64,000 nucleotides of DNA from the human T2T-CHM13v2.0 reference genome, Homo sapiens: assembly GCF_009914755.1 (NCBI RefSeq), contig NC_060947.1. One strand, 5' to 3'. Position numbers and translations under genes: made by a program. This document shows, in pieces, positions 1 to 15,833 of the stretch. The number at the start of each line of letters is the position of its first letter. Position 1 is the stretch's first letter. A model generated the notes under the pieces. The model was not told where the DNA came from. It was given only the letters and a program-made list of their open reading frames with translations, and searched no databases.

Positions 1-634
1 GGCCTTGGAATTGCTCACTTACCTGCTGTCTGTCCCCACTACATTTGCCAGATAGTGTATCTTATTTACCAAAAGTCCTCACCTTTCCCATCTCTCAGTC
101 TTGCCTTACTTATTATTCAACAAACATCAACGTGCTAGACAACTCCTCATATCAGGGAGGCAGACAAATGAAAAATCGGGCTTCTGGCTGCACTGTCTCG
201 ATAGTTACCACCTGGGACCAAGGGTGGTAAATGCTGATTTGCTCTGAGTAGCTTCCTTAGTCAAGAGGATAATTATTATAGCACCAGGTCTTGTGATTAA
301 GATGAGTTATCCCCATGGTATACTGCAAAGCCAAGCACACGGTAAGCAGTATTTGTTAAGTAAATGAGTGCATAAATTCAACAAATATTGATTGAGCAGA
401 CACTGCCCTCATGGACTGGACATTTTGGAGCGGGAGACAGAGAGGCAGTGTCAAAACAGTTTCGTAAGTGCTATAAAGTCAGTAAAGCAAGGTAACAGGA
501 TAGTGAGTGAATGAATTTGAAGTTAGCATAAAAGGCACTGAGAAAAAAACTGAGCTATGAACTTCACATATTATCACATTTAATCTCCACAACAAATCAG
601 GGCCTTCCGTACAACATTCACAGACATTAAACAC

Positions 635-1010
635 AGAAGCAGAGGTTTAAAGTACAGGCTTAGGAGCCAAACTGCCTGGGTTTGAATCTCACCTCTGCCA
701 CTCACTAGCTATGTGAACTTAAGCAATTTATACTTCACCTTTCTGCATCTCAGTTTCTGCATCTGTGAAATGGAAGTACTAATAGTACCCACTTCACAGG
801 GTGGTTAAGAGGATTAAATGAGCTAAAATAGTTAAGTACTTAAAGTTCCTGGCACATGTTAAGTATTAGCTATCATCATCATCATCGTTAATATTATCCT
901 AATCTAACAGATGAGAAATCTGGGTCTGAGTGGTTAAGTAAATTGTTGGCAATTACAAAACTACTAAGTAGCAGAGCAGGATACAAATTCAGGACTTTGT
1001 GACTCTACTA
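635..1010. mobile_element. MIR elements
   Basis: ctgggtttgaatctcacctctgccactcactagctatgtga...ctcagtttc...catctgtgaaatgg core. Confidence 0.75.
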
Positions 1011-1693
1011 TATCACTACAATATGTAACCAGGATATAATGTGGGGTGATTAATACAGTCAAGTGTTATGAGCACTCCAAAATGGACACTCAACTCTTCC
1101 AGGGATGTGGAACTGAGTGGGAGCTGAGACTTGGAGATGCCTGAGAGATGATGATTTTGCTCAAGATCCTGTCTGGCTTCTTATCTCCTCAACCTCTGCC
1201 TTCTGAGGGTACCCAAGGATCCAGGTCCAGACAGAGCACCATCTATAAAACCAGAAGCTGAAGCATCCACCATTCCCACCGCCCCACCCCTCCAACTCCA
1301 GGCACACAGGACTTAAAGGAATGCAAAGGACACAGCAAGTTCCAGCGTACCTAGGAAGTGTCTCCTTTATGAGTTTGTCATATAACAGGTTTCACTGAAT
1401 TCTGGATGCACCAACGGAATAACTTCATATGCACTGACATGCACACAGACAGACTGTTCTATCTCCAAAAAAAAAAAAAACCCAAACAAAAAACCCTTTT
1501 GTGATCCCCTCAGTCTCTGCCCCATTACTCTAGTCCCCTTTACACCAAATTCTTCAAAATTGAGTCATTCTTGAGTTCCTTCTTCCACAACCCCAATCCA
1601 ATCTATTAACAAATCCTGTATCAATATATATTCAAAATCCAACCACTTCTCATCATCACTGACTCTGCTTTAAGCCACCACTGCCTAACTAGA

Positions 1694-2218
1694 CCAAAGT
1701 TTCTCAGATTTTAGGGAATATTAGAAACACCTGGTAAGCTTGTTAAAATACAGATTCCTAGGCCCCATCCCCAGACATCTTGATTCAGTAGGACTGGGTT
1801 GGGCCTATAAACGTGCATTTCTAATGACCTCTCAGGTGATGCTGATGCTGCTGGTCCAGGGACCACACTTTAAGGAATAATGATCTACAGTAGCCCCCAA
1901 ATTCTCCCTGCTTCTACCTTGCTCCTCACCTTTAGTCTATCCTCACAAGAGCCAAAACCTAAATCAGATCACAACTCTCACTTGCTCAAAAAGCTTCTGT
2001 GGCTCCCATCCAGAGTAAAAACCAAGTCCTTACACCCTATACCCATGGTTTTTAAACTTTAGCGTGCATCTGAAAGGCTGTTAAACCACAGATTCTAGGG
2101 CTCCATCTCCAGAGTTTCTGATTCAGTCAGTCTGGGGTGGGATCCAAGAATTGGCCTAATCAGTTCCTAGATAATGCTGATCCTGCTGGTCTGGGAACCA
2201 TACTTGGAAAATCACTGC
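1694..2218. mobile_element. Two MER5A-type hAT-Charlie MITEs (1694-1881, 2043-2218)
   Basis: ttgttaaaatacagattcc...tgattcagtagg...tgcatttctaa...caggtgatgctgatgctgctggtcc signature. Confidence 0.8.
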
Positions 2219-2789
2219 TGTATATGATCTGCACACCCCTGACCCTTAACCTCAGCTTCTATTACTCTCCCCTCACTCACTCTGTTCCAATAGCATTGGA
2301 CTGGACTGGTAGCATGCCAGGTCTGCTCCCCACTTGGGTCCTTTATGTCCTCTACTTGAAACACTCTTCCCCTACTTACCAGCATGGTTCCCTTCCTCGC
2401 TTTCCTTCAGGCTCATAGGTAACCCATCTGTAATCATCCTGTATAAAGTAACCACTACTTCAACCCTGGGGTGGTACTCCTTCTCCTGCTCACCCTACTT
2501 TACTTTTCTCTAGACCATGTATTATCACTTGACACACTATATATTAAGCTGTTAGTTTACTGTCTCATGTTCACTGCCGTATCCCCCCTCCCCCACCCCG
2601 GTGTCCAGAACAATGCCTGGCACATAGCACATATCTGATTTTCCCTATCTTCCATAACTTCTAACAACTTAAACAGTGCTTATATTGTCTATAATACTGT
2701 ATTCTACAGTGAAAGTAGAGGAGACCCAGGTTTGATCTGTGGTCCAGCTGTCTGTGTAGCTTTGGGCACATTATTTAACCTATCACTGC

Positions 2790-7660
<4,871 letters not shown>

Positions 7661-8005
7661 ATAAAGATAATTAGGCGAAGTGGTTAGCATAGTGAGTGGA
7701 ACACTAGCTTGTGCTCAATAAACGATAGCTATAACCATTTTATTTAAATCATCACAACCTCTCAGGGAAACTAAGGCTTCACAGATAAGAAATTATTTGC
7801 TAATATGTAACAGAATCAGAATTTGAACCCAGATCTGAAATCAGTGTCCTTTCCTCTAGAGTTAAAAATCCACACCAAAGTTATTCCCTTGGGCATGTAT
7901 CAACCAATATTTCTTTTATAAACAGGAAAACTGTAGAGTGAAATTTGTGCTAAAAATCCCAGAAATCAATAAATGCTTGCCAACTAGTTTCCTCCACTAT
8001 TGTAC

Positions 8006-8465
8006 AGCAATGATTCTCAAATGTTAGGGTGAATCAGGATCACTTGTTTGTTAAAATATAGACTGCTGAGTCCAAGTCCTAGCCCAAGAAATTGCATTTT
8101 GAACAAATTCCCAGTTGATGAACTGTACTTTAAAAAAGGTCGTTCCTCCTGTGTTAGCTCACTTAGGAATTAAAAAAGAATAATATAAAAAGAATGTTCA
8201 TTCCAATTTTTCTGTACCAAAAAAAGAGAATGACTGGTGTATAGTAATGATATGTTAGTCCATCCATCCCTCAGTATCAGAAGCTATCACACTCCGCAGA
8301 AGGGGAAGGAATCAAGACAGGATAATGTTCTAAATCAGTGGTTCTCAAGGGTGGGCCCTTCTTACCTACTGAATCAGAAATACTGTAGCTAGGGCATCCC
8401 TAACTTGTGTTTCATCAGGTCTTCCAAGTGAGTCTGATACATGCTGAAGTTTGAGAACCACCGCT
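8006..8465. mobile_element. Two MER5-type fragments (8006-8133, 8334-8465)
   Basis: cagtggttctcaa...tttgagaaccac terminal inverted repeats. Confidence 0.7.
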
Positions 8466-8742
8466 GTACAAATCAAAGTGTTTTTGCAAAATCCAGCTTC
8501 TTACAGGAAGAATGAAGCAATACCATGTTTTTTGCACTTCTGAGAACCTGGGCTCTGGAATCAAATAATTCAAAGTTCAAATCCACACTCAGAAAGTCAC
8601 TTAACTTCCACGAATTCCAGATTCTCAGCTGCAAAATGGAATAGTTGCCTCGCTTGTTATAACCTTTCCAAAAAGTAACTTGGCATTATATTCCATAATC
8701 CCTAGCTGGACTTCAAGAAATCTATCCTACAAAAGTCACTAG

Positions 8743-9042
8743 AGGCCGGGCATGGTGGCTCACACCTGTAATACCAGCACTTTGGGAGGTCAAGGTGGGT
8801 GGATCACGAGGTCAGCAGTTCGAGACCAGCCTGACCAACATAGTGAAACCCTGTCTCTACTAAAATACAAAAATGAGCCGGGTGTGGTGGCGCGCACCTG
8901 TAATCCCAACTACTCAGAAGGCTGAGGCAGGAGAATCACTTGAACCCAGGAGGCAGAGGTTGCAGTGAACCAAGATCGTGCCACTGCACTGCAGCTTGGG
9001 CAACAGAGTGAGACTCTGTCTCAAAAAAAAAAAAAAAAAAAG
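8743..9042 (+). mobile_element. Alu (S family)
   Basis: Dimeric Alu with A tail and TSD AAGTCACTAGA. Confidence 0.9.
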
Positions 9043-10985
9043 AAGTCACTAGAGATATGAACAGATTTCTATCACCTCTAGGTATCTGTGGATTTAAAAT
9101 TTGTTGGCTTAACTCTTGCAAGCAACCATAAAAAGTCCACAGTATGTAGTAATTTCCAATTGTGCTGAAGTACAAACTTAAATGGCGCACTATAAGCCTG
9201 GTGTGTTTCTGTGAGCAATGCACTGAGTAAGCAAGAGCAGCCACCCCCAAGGACCTGATTCTCAGCTAGCTTCCTTGTTCAGTGGGGGCCCATAGAGAGA
9301 AGCAAAAGAGATTTTTAAAATTTGGTGTATTTCATGGAAAAAAATTAAGGCAGTTAACTTGTGTTAGAGTGTACACAGAAACACACAACTCACCACAGAA
9401 ATGTGATTAAAGAGGGGCCTGGCCCATAAGCCCATTTCTGTATTTGTAAGTTTAGAATTCTTTAAGGCCTCAATGGTGCTCCTTATAAATAAATGTCAAG
9501 TATCTACTAGGCAAAGATGCTTTCCATAATGTTTTTGTTTTAATCAGCACTCATATCAAGATGCAAAACCTTTCCAGAACGCCCAAAGTTTCCTCACATT
9601 ATTTATAATATAAAAAAGTACAAATAATGTTCAAAAAAGTACAATGTCCAACCATAAAGGAAATTACCAAATTAACCGGTGACACATATATATTGTGGGA
9701 TATCAGAAATCAAGTTTAGCTGAATATTTAATGAACTGGCAATTACATTGTAACATTAACTAGAAATAAAAAATAGGTTGTAAAATGGTATTTATAACGC
9801 AATCCCATCTTGTAAAAATATGTTTATATTCTAAGTCAAAAGATGGGAGTTAATGCAACAACAAATTTAACAGTGGATTGTGCCAGACAGTAGTAGACTT
9901 AGGTGAGTTATATTTCCTTCTTTATTCTTTTTCTGTGTTTTCTACAACAAGCAGGTCTCACTATAAGAGCAAGAAAAAATTAAGAACATTATTTAAAAGA
10001 GAAATATCCAACTTTCAGGCTTGCATATAGACTAAATAATTTGTCCCAAGTCCCTGTCATGGGGTCCGGCAGACATAAGCAGTCAGGAAGCATTCATTCC
10101 TGTTCCCTGTTTCCAGAGTGAGGAGTTAGCAGGAGCCCATTTTACAGGTCTGAACCTACACATTTCCCATACAATCCAAAGTAAGGGCCCCAGGCAACAG
10201 CTTTTTTTCATGAAGACTCATTAACTCATTCAAAAATGTACTCAGCATCTATTACATGTTTAGCACTGAACTAGGTTCTGGGGATACCAAAAATGAAAAG
10301 AAGACATCTCTGCCCTCAGGAAGCTCTGGCTAATGAATGACACAGATATATTTATAACTATGATATGATTAAATAATTACTTTTTAATAAAGACGCACAC
10401 AAAGTGCAATGGGAACCAAGAGGAAGAAGGACTTTTACACCTTTTACAGTCTGTGAGTTGCAAAGGGGAGAGGGCATTAGTGGGAGTTTGCACGTACAAA
10501 GACAAAAAGGCATAAAGGAGTATAAAATTTTCCCAGAACTATAGGTAGTTCAGTCTTGCTAGGACATAAAGAACAAGAGAGGAGGAGTGGCAGGAAATGA
10601 GAATAAACAAGTAGATCACAAAAGGTCTTGTCTGTCATATAAAGGATACTGAATTTTATCCCAGAGACGAACCACTGAAAGAAGAATGTTAAGCTGAGGA
10701 GTGACTTGATCAGCACTAGCAAAGACACCAGGAATCCTGAAAGACATCTTAATCCCCACTTATTTTCAGGGCAAAGGAAAAGGTCCCACCCTCTAGGGTT
10801 GTCCCCTCTTAAATAACATGAGGCAGTAAAACAGAACTCTGTGCCGGGCACACAATAAATATTCAATAGAGATCAGTTAAACATGAATTTGGATACGGGG
10901 CAAGGGGGCAGTCCCTGCTGAGGGCAGGATTTTAGCAGCACCAGCACCTATAGTTTGGTCTTGAGTGTGATAAACAGAAATAGCT

Positions 10986-11352
<367 letters not shown>

Positions 11353-11908
11353 CTAGAATCTAACAAGCAACAGGAGGAGGGTGCCATACACTGTTTTGTT
11401 GTGCTCCAGTGTACAAAGCCCCCTCAAGGTTGTCTTTCCATAGCTGAGATTTAAATCCCATTAATGAAATATTAGTTTTATCGTACACACTAACCTCTCC
11501 GGAATTCTGGGTGACAGGTGCTTATGTGCACACACGGTTAACTGAAGGAAATTCATCAGTGGTTTTACTCCTGTTTTACCCAGCATCTATTCTGCTTAAT
11601 TCAATTTAGTTGGATGGTGCTGCAGATAAATGCTGTAGAAATAAAATACTCTTCCATTTCTGCCTCCATTTATGGAGTACATCCAAACTGCTTTGCAAAG
11701 TCAGAAAGGATGTATTTGATAACATTTTATAGCTGAAGACAATGAGGCTCAGAAAAGCAAAGCAACTTGTGCATGGTCACTCTGAAACTAAGTACAAAGC
11801 CACAACTTAAATCCCTGTTTATGGACTCAACTACCTCAAATAAGCAACACTGTTTTCCCAAAAGCCAGTGTGTGAGGCAGAACATAATTGTCAGACTATA
11901 AAAATGAT

Positions 11909-12433
<525 letters not shown>

Positions 12434-12518
12434 CTAAAAACAGAGCTGAGAAAGGAAGAGAGAGCAAGTGAACACACCTGGCCACCGCACCCTGTGTAGC
12501 CTGGCCTGCCCTCCTTAC

Positions 12519-12616
12519 CTGCCATGAAACCAGTCCTGGCACATGTCACACTCGATCATGAAGCGGGTCACATCGTAAGGCAGCCGGCAGAGGCAATACA
12601 CCGGCACCGAGGCCAT
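12519..12616 (-). CDS. PHF8: PHF8 (PHD finger / JmjC histone demethylase) first coding segment of the short isoform, [32 protein letters not shown](S); N-terminal half of the PHD finger. Later exons lie left of the window.
   Basis: ATG at 12616-12614 in strong Kozak context (AAGATGG). C-x-C...C-x2-C-x2-WFHG PHD pattern recognised as the PHF8 N-terminus. Donor CAG|GTAAGG with GT at 12518-12517. Confidence 0.97.
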
Positions 12617-12708
12617 CTTCGCTCGGCCCTGGAGCGTTCTGCGGCCGGCCAGGTTCGTCGTGTCAAGAGGGGCGGGAGGCGGCAGCACGCGTCCTCTCTG
12701 GACGATAG
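12519..12708 (-). CDS. PHF8: PHF8 exon 2 (190 nt); fully coding in the long isoform ((A)[35 protein letters not shown]...), partly 5' UTR in the short isoform
   Basis: Acceptor TTATTTGTGCCTAG| with AG at 12710-12709. The frame stays open into the ATG at 12616 and phase 1 matches the exon at 14763-14778. Confidence 0.92.
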
Positions 12709-13344
12709 CTAGGCACAAATAACACTTTTTACAGAGTGAATCAGCCCCCGCCCCCCACCCCCTTGCACCAACCCTCAGTTCTCCAATAGAGTTACCGCCG
12801 CCGGGATGCAACACAGCTGGTGCGGCTGTAGGGGGCAACCAGAGAAAGTCCACCCGGCCCTTAGAATTTCTTTCACACGTAAAGAACGGAGCTCAACCTT
12901 CCAGGCTTCCCACCGCCCCCACACTCTCCACTCCCCACCCCCCACCTTCTTCGGCCCCGTTGTCAGTGATAACTTCTTTCCGGGTTTCAAGAAAATACCT
13001 GAAGCCTTTTCGGGAAGCTTCTTTCATCTCTCACTGAACCCTCCCCTAGCTGACCCCTGTTTCACAGGGCTCCCTCTATTATGACGCAAACCACAGCGTC
13101 AAAAATGAGGCTGGGGGTATCTCAAGACAAGACCCTCCTCTCACCACCTGAAATAGGGCCAACCAGAGAGAGATAAGGGATCCCTGAAAGTCTCTTCAGG
13201 TTACTCAAAGCCTTCACGAACAAGACAGACAAGACTAGGCGCCCAACTCAAATCACAGTTCTGGGGTCGTGTTCGGAGAGTTTAAATAATCCTTTCCATC
13301 ACTCTCAATATCATTCCTTCCCCGACCAGTCAGGAGTCTCATCA

Positions 13345-13740
13345 CCCCCAAAACTGAAATAAATATAAATCTCTAAACTGACCAGCTCGTTCTGTACTTT
13401 AAAGATGACAGGGTTCTGGCTGCATCCCTGAAACTCAAAAGGATCTATTCAAAACCCCTCAAACTGACTAGAATTTCCTCACACTCCCGAAACTAAGCAA
13501 GGATTCTTTTGCATCGCTCGGAAACTGGCAGCGTTTCCTTGCAGCCCCCCCTCAAACTGATGAGAGCTCCCTAGTCTCCCCAAATGTTCAGGTACCTCAC
13601 AGTATATCCTAAAACTGACAGTAATAGCCTCGCAGCCCCCAAAACTTACAGGAATCTTAACGCTTCCCCAACTGACAGGAACCTCCTCACGCCCCAAACC
13701 TGACAAGAACGTCTTCAGTCCAGAATCCTACAGGGACCTC
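13345..13740. repeat. Degenerate tandem array, ~14 units, period 24-32 bp, consensus CCCC-AAACTGACAGG-A(A)TC
   Basis: Cores at about 13351, 13375, 13402, 13431, 13461, 13490, 13522, 13554, 13582, 13612, 13642, 13669, 13697, 13724. Confidence 0.8.
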
Positions 13741-14360
13741 CTCATGCTTTGGGCTGCAAGGACTCCACGCCCGCGGAGCTCAGCCCCAGCGACACGCCGG
13801 CAGCCGGGCTAGCTCCGGGACTGCGAAGCGCCTCAGCGGAGGCTCGTCCGGTAGTTCCGGCCCCTACGGCGACGCGCGTCGAATTCTGGGATAGTCCCCG
13901 TACCGCCGGGAACCTCGCTCGCCTTCCCCTCGAGCCCCCCGCTGGGTCGCGCGGCGCCAGCCGCTCAACGGTGCTTCAGAGCAGCCTCCTCCACAACATT
14001 CCCCTCGGCCCGGCCGTTCGGGCCTACTGGAGACCGCGGCTTGGGCCTAGTCTGGCGGCCGCCCGGCGAACGGGCAAGTGGCGTCGTCGCTGGGCCGGCA
14101 GGAGATACTCGCGAGCAAACCAACGGGGAAAGAGATGAACCGGCCGCCACGTCCGAGGCACACGGCCCGAAAAGTCGCTGGGAGAAGCCCAGTGGCGGTG
14201 GTAGGCAATTCGGAGTAGTCAATAAAGTTTATTCAAAACAATGAGGAAGTTGAGGCGGAGAGGGGAGGAGAAATACGGGATAAACAGCTACCATGTTGAG
14301 AGTGGCGGCGCTACCCAGACAACCAAGGCGACCGCCATCTTATGAGGGCTGGACTCGCGA
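13650..14360 (-). other. PHF8: Probable non-coding first exon (5' UTR) of the short PHF8 isoform; 5' end approximate
   Basis: Donor CCT|GTAAGT with GT at 13649-13648, lying downstream of the YY1/CRE/GC-box cluster in the CpG island. The TSS cannot be read from sequence alone. Confidence 0.65.
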
Positions 14361-14542
14361 GGTGAGCGCGGCGGAGGCGGGGAACCGCGAGCCGCCGGCT
14401 CCCGGGTGACGTCATCGGGGGGGCGGGGCGCCACCTTGAGAAAGGAGGGCGGTTCTCAGCCACCTTTGGACCCGCTCGTCTCTTTAAGGTGCCCAATCGC
14501 CGCTGAAGACCTTGAGCCCAGAGGCGGAGAAGCCGCCATCTT
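14332..14542. promoter_or_regulatory. Two YY1 consensus sites and a CTCGCGAG (BANP/ZBTB33-like core) motif
   Basis: CCGCCATCTT at 14332-14341 and GCCGCCATCTT at 14532-14542. CTCGCGAG at 14354-14361, with another at 14108-14115. Confidence 0.65.
14407..14429. promoter_or_regulatory. Full CRE palindrome plus adjacent GC box
   Basis: TGACGTCA at 14407-14414; GGGGCGGGGC at 14420-14429. Confidence 0.75.
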
Positions 14543-14762
14543 AGGCGAGGCAGACGTTTGGCTCCATTTTGAGTGGGGCCCGAAACTTCCTAGCCTTCCC
14601 CCTCCTCCGGGCAAACAGGGAGTTCAGCTACCCCGACTCGCACACTCCTCCTCCCCAGCCTTCTCCTCCTATGAGAGGAGGTGAACTCGGTGACTCCAAA
14701 CTACAAAATTAATAGGTGGCGGCGGGGGCGGGCTTCAGCCGGGGTAGAGGCGGAGTACTCAC

Positions 14763-14778
14763 CGCGGCTCCTGTTCAT
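14763..14778 (-). CDS. PHF8: PHF8 alternative first exon, coding part ATG AAC AGG AGC CGC G (MNRSR-A); gives a 36-aa N-terminal extension
   Basis: Donor GCG|GTGAGT with GT at 14762-14761. 16 nt + 92 nt = 108 nt in frame with MASVP. Matches the known long-isoform start MNRSRAIVQRG. Confidence 0.9.
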
Positions 14779-15833
14779 TGAGCACCTTCGATAGGCTGGG
14801 CTCTTTCCCACGGTCTCTGCGTTGTTGGTTCTTCCCCCTGTGAAGGAAGCTCTGTGATTATCACCAAATGAAGGCAGGGGCTTCGAGAAGCCAAGTGACT
14901 TGAGTCCCGGAGCAGGGACGTTGAACCTTGTGCCCTGTGCTACCCGCGTTCTGTCCCCAGGCCCTCAGTGTAGTTCCTCTGTAAAGCTGCTGCCAACTCC
15001 ACAACTCCCTCTGAACTCTTCTTTGACCCTACTGTTTCACTTCAGTTCAAATACAGTTCAAGGATTTGTTTGCACCTGTCCCACAATTTTCTGACTATAG
15101 CCTGAGGGGAGGGGAGAGGAGGGGGGATGAGAGGAAAGGCTGAGTTAGTGGAGCTTTGCTGAGTTAGTGGAGCTTCGTACATATGCTTCAAGATGGCCTA
15201 GGTTTTCTCAAACATTCTAGAAAATTCTCTAGGAGTTATCTTACTATTTCATTTTCTTAAAGGGTCCCATTGCTTTAAAAAGGAAATGTGTGCGTGCACA
15301 CAATTTACTAACCAGTGATGGTGGGGTAGGCCCTGGGGATGCAATGGTGAAAACAGGGCCTCTGGAGTGGGAGGGCATCTGCCAGTGCAGGAAACAAAGT
15401 TGCGAGTAAACAATTGGAATAGAAGGCACAGTAAGCACACAAATACCACCTGCAAAATGACCTTTGCAAAATGCAACATGAAGCTACAAAAGAGCCTTAC
15501 AAGCTGCTTGCAGCTGCTGTAAGAAAGACGGCAGGGGGACATGGACGATTAAGTTCACTTAAATAAACAAGCGAGAACATTGTACTCAAAAGGATCAACG
15601 TGTACAAATGCATGGAGGCACATAGAAAAATATTTACTAGAAGTTGAATATTGTTGGAACAAGGAAAACAGAAGAGAGATAGGTAGGAGGTCAAACAGTA
15701 AAGGGTCACAACATGAAAGATTGCGAAATGCAAAAGAGTTTAGATTGTATGCAGTTAGCAAAAAGAAAACACAGGTTTTTGAGCAGGGGTAGCTTAGTCT
15801 CATATTTGTGACTTACCCAGAGGATGGTTTAGG

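Larger units (their letters stand above)
13760..14780. promoter_or_regulatory. CpG island / PHF8 promoter
   Basis: Very high GC and CpG density compared with the flanks; no Alu between about 12220 and 15830. Confidence 0.9.

Noticed and set aside
12709-12853. N-terminal part of ORF 12515-12853 (MDFLWL...)
   Set aside because: Non-ATG start upstream of the exon 2 acceptor; intronic read-through of the frame.
13345-13740. Motif-spacer array as a CRISPR-like locus
   Set aside because: Cores are only ~11-15 bp and degenerate, there are no cas genes, and the context is a mammalian promoter. Kept as a degenerate tandem repeat.
13749-14684. Several 60-129 aa ORFs on both strands in the CpG island
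   Set aside because: Expected from stop-codon scarcity in GC-rich DNA; no recognisable domain.
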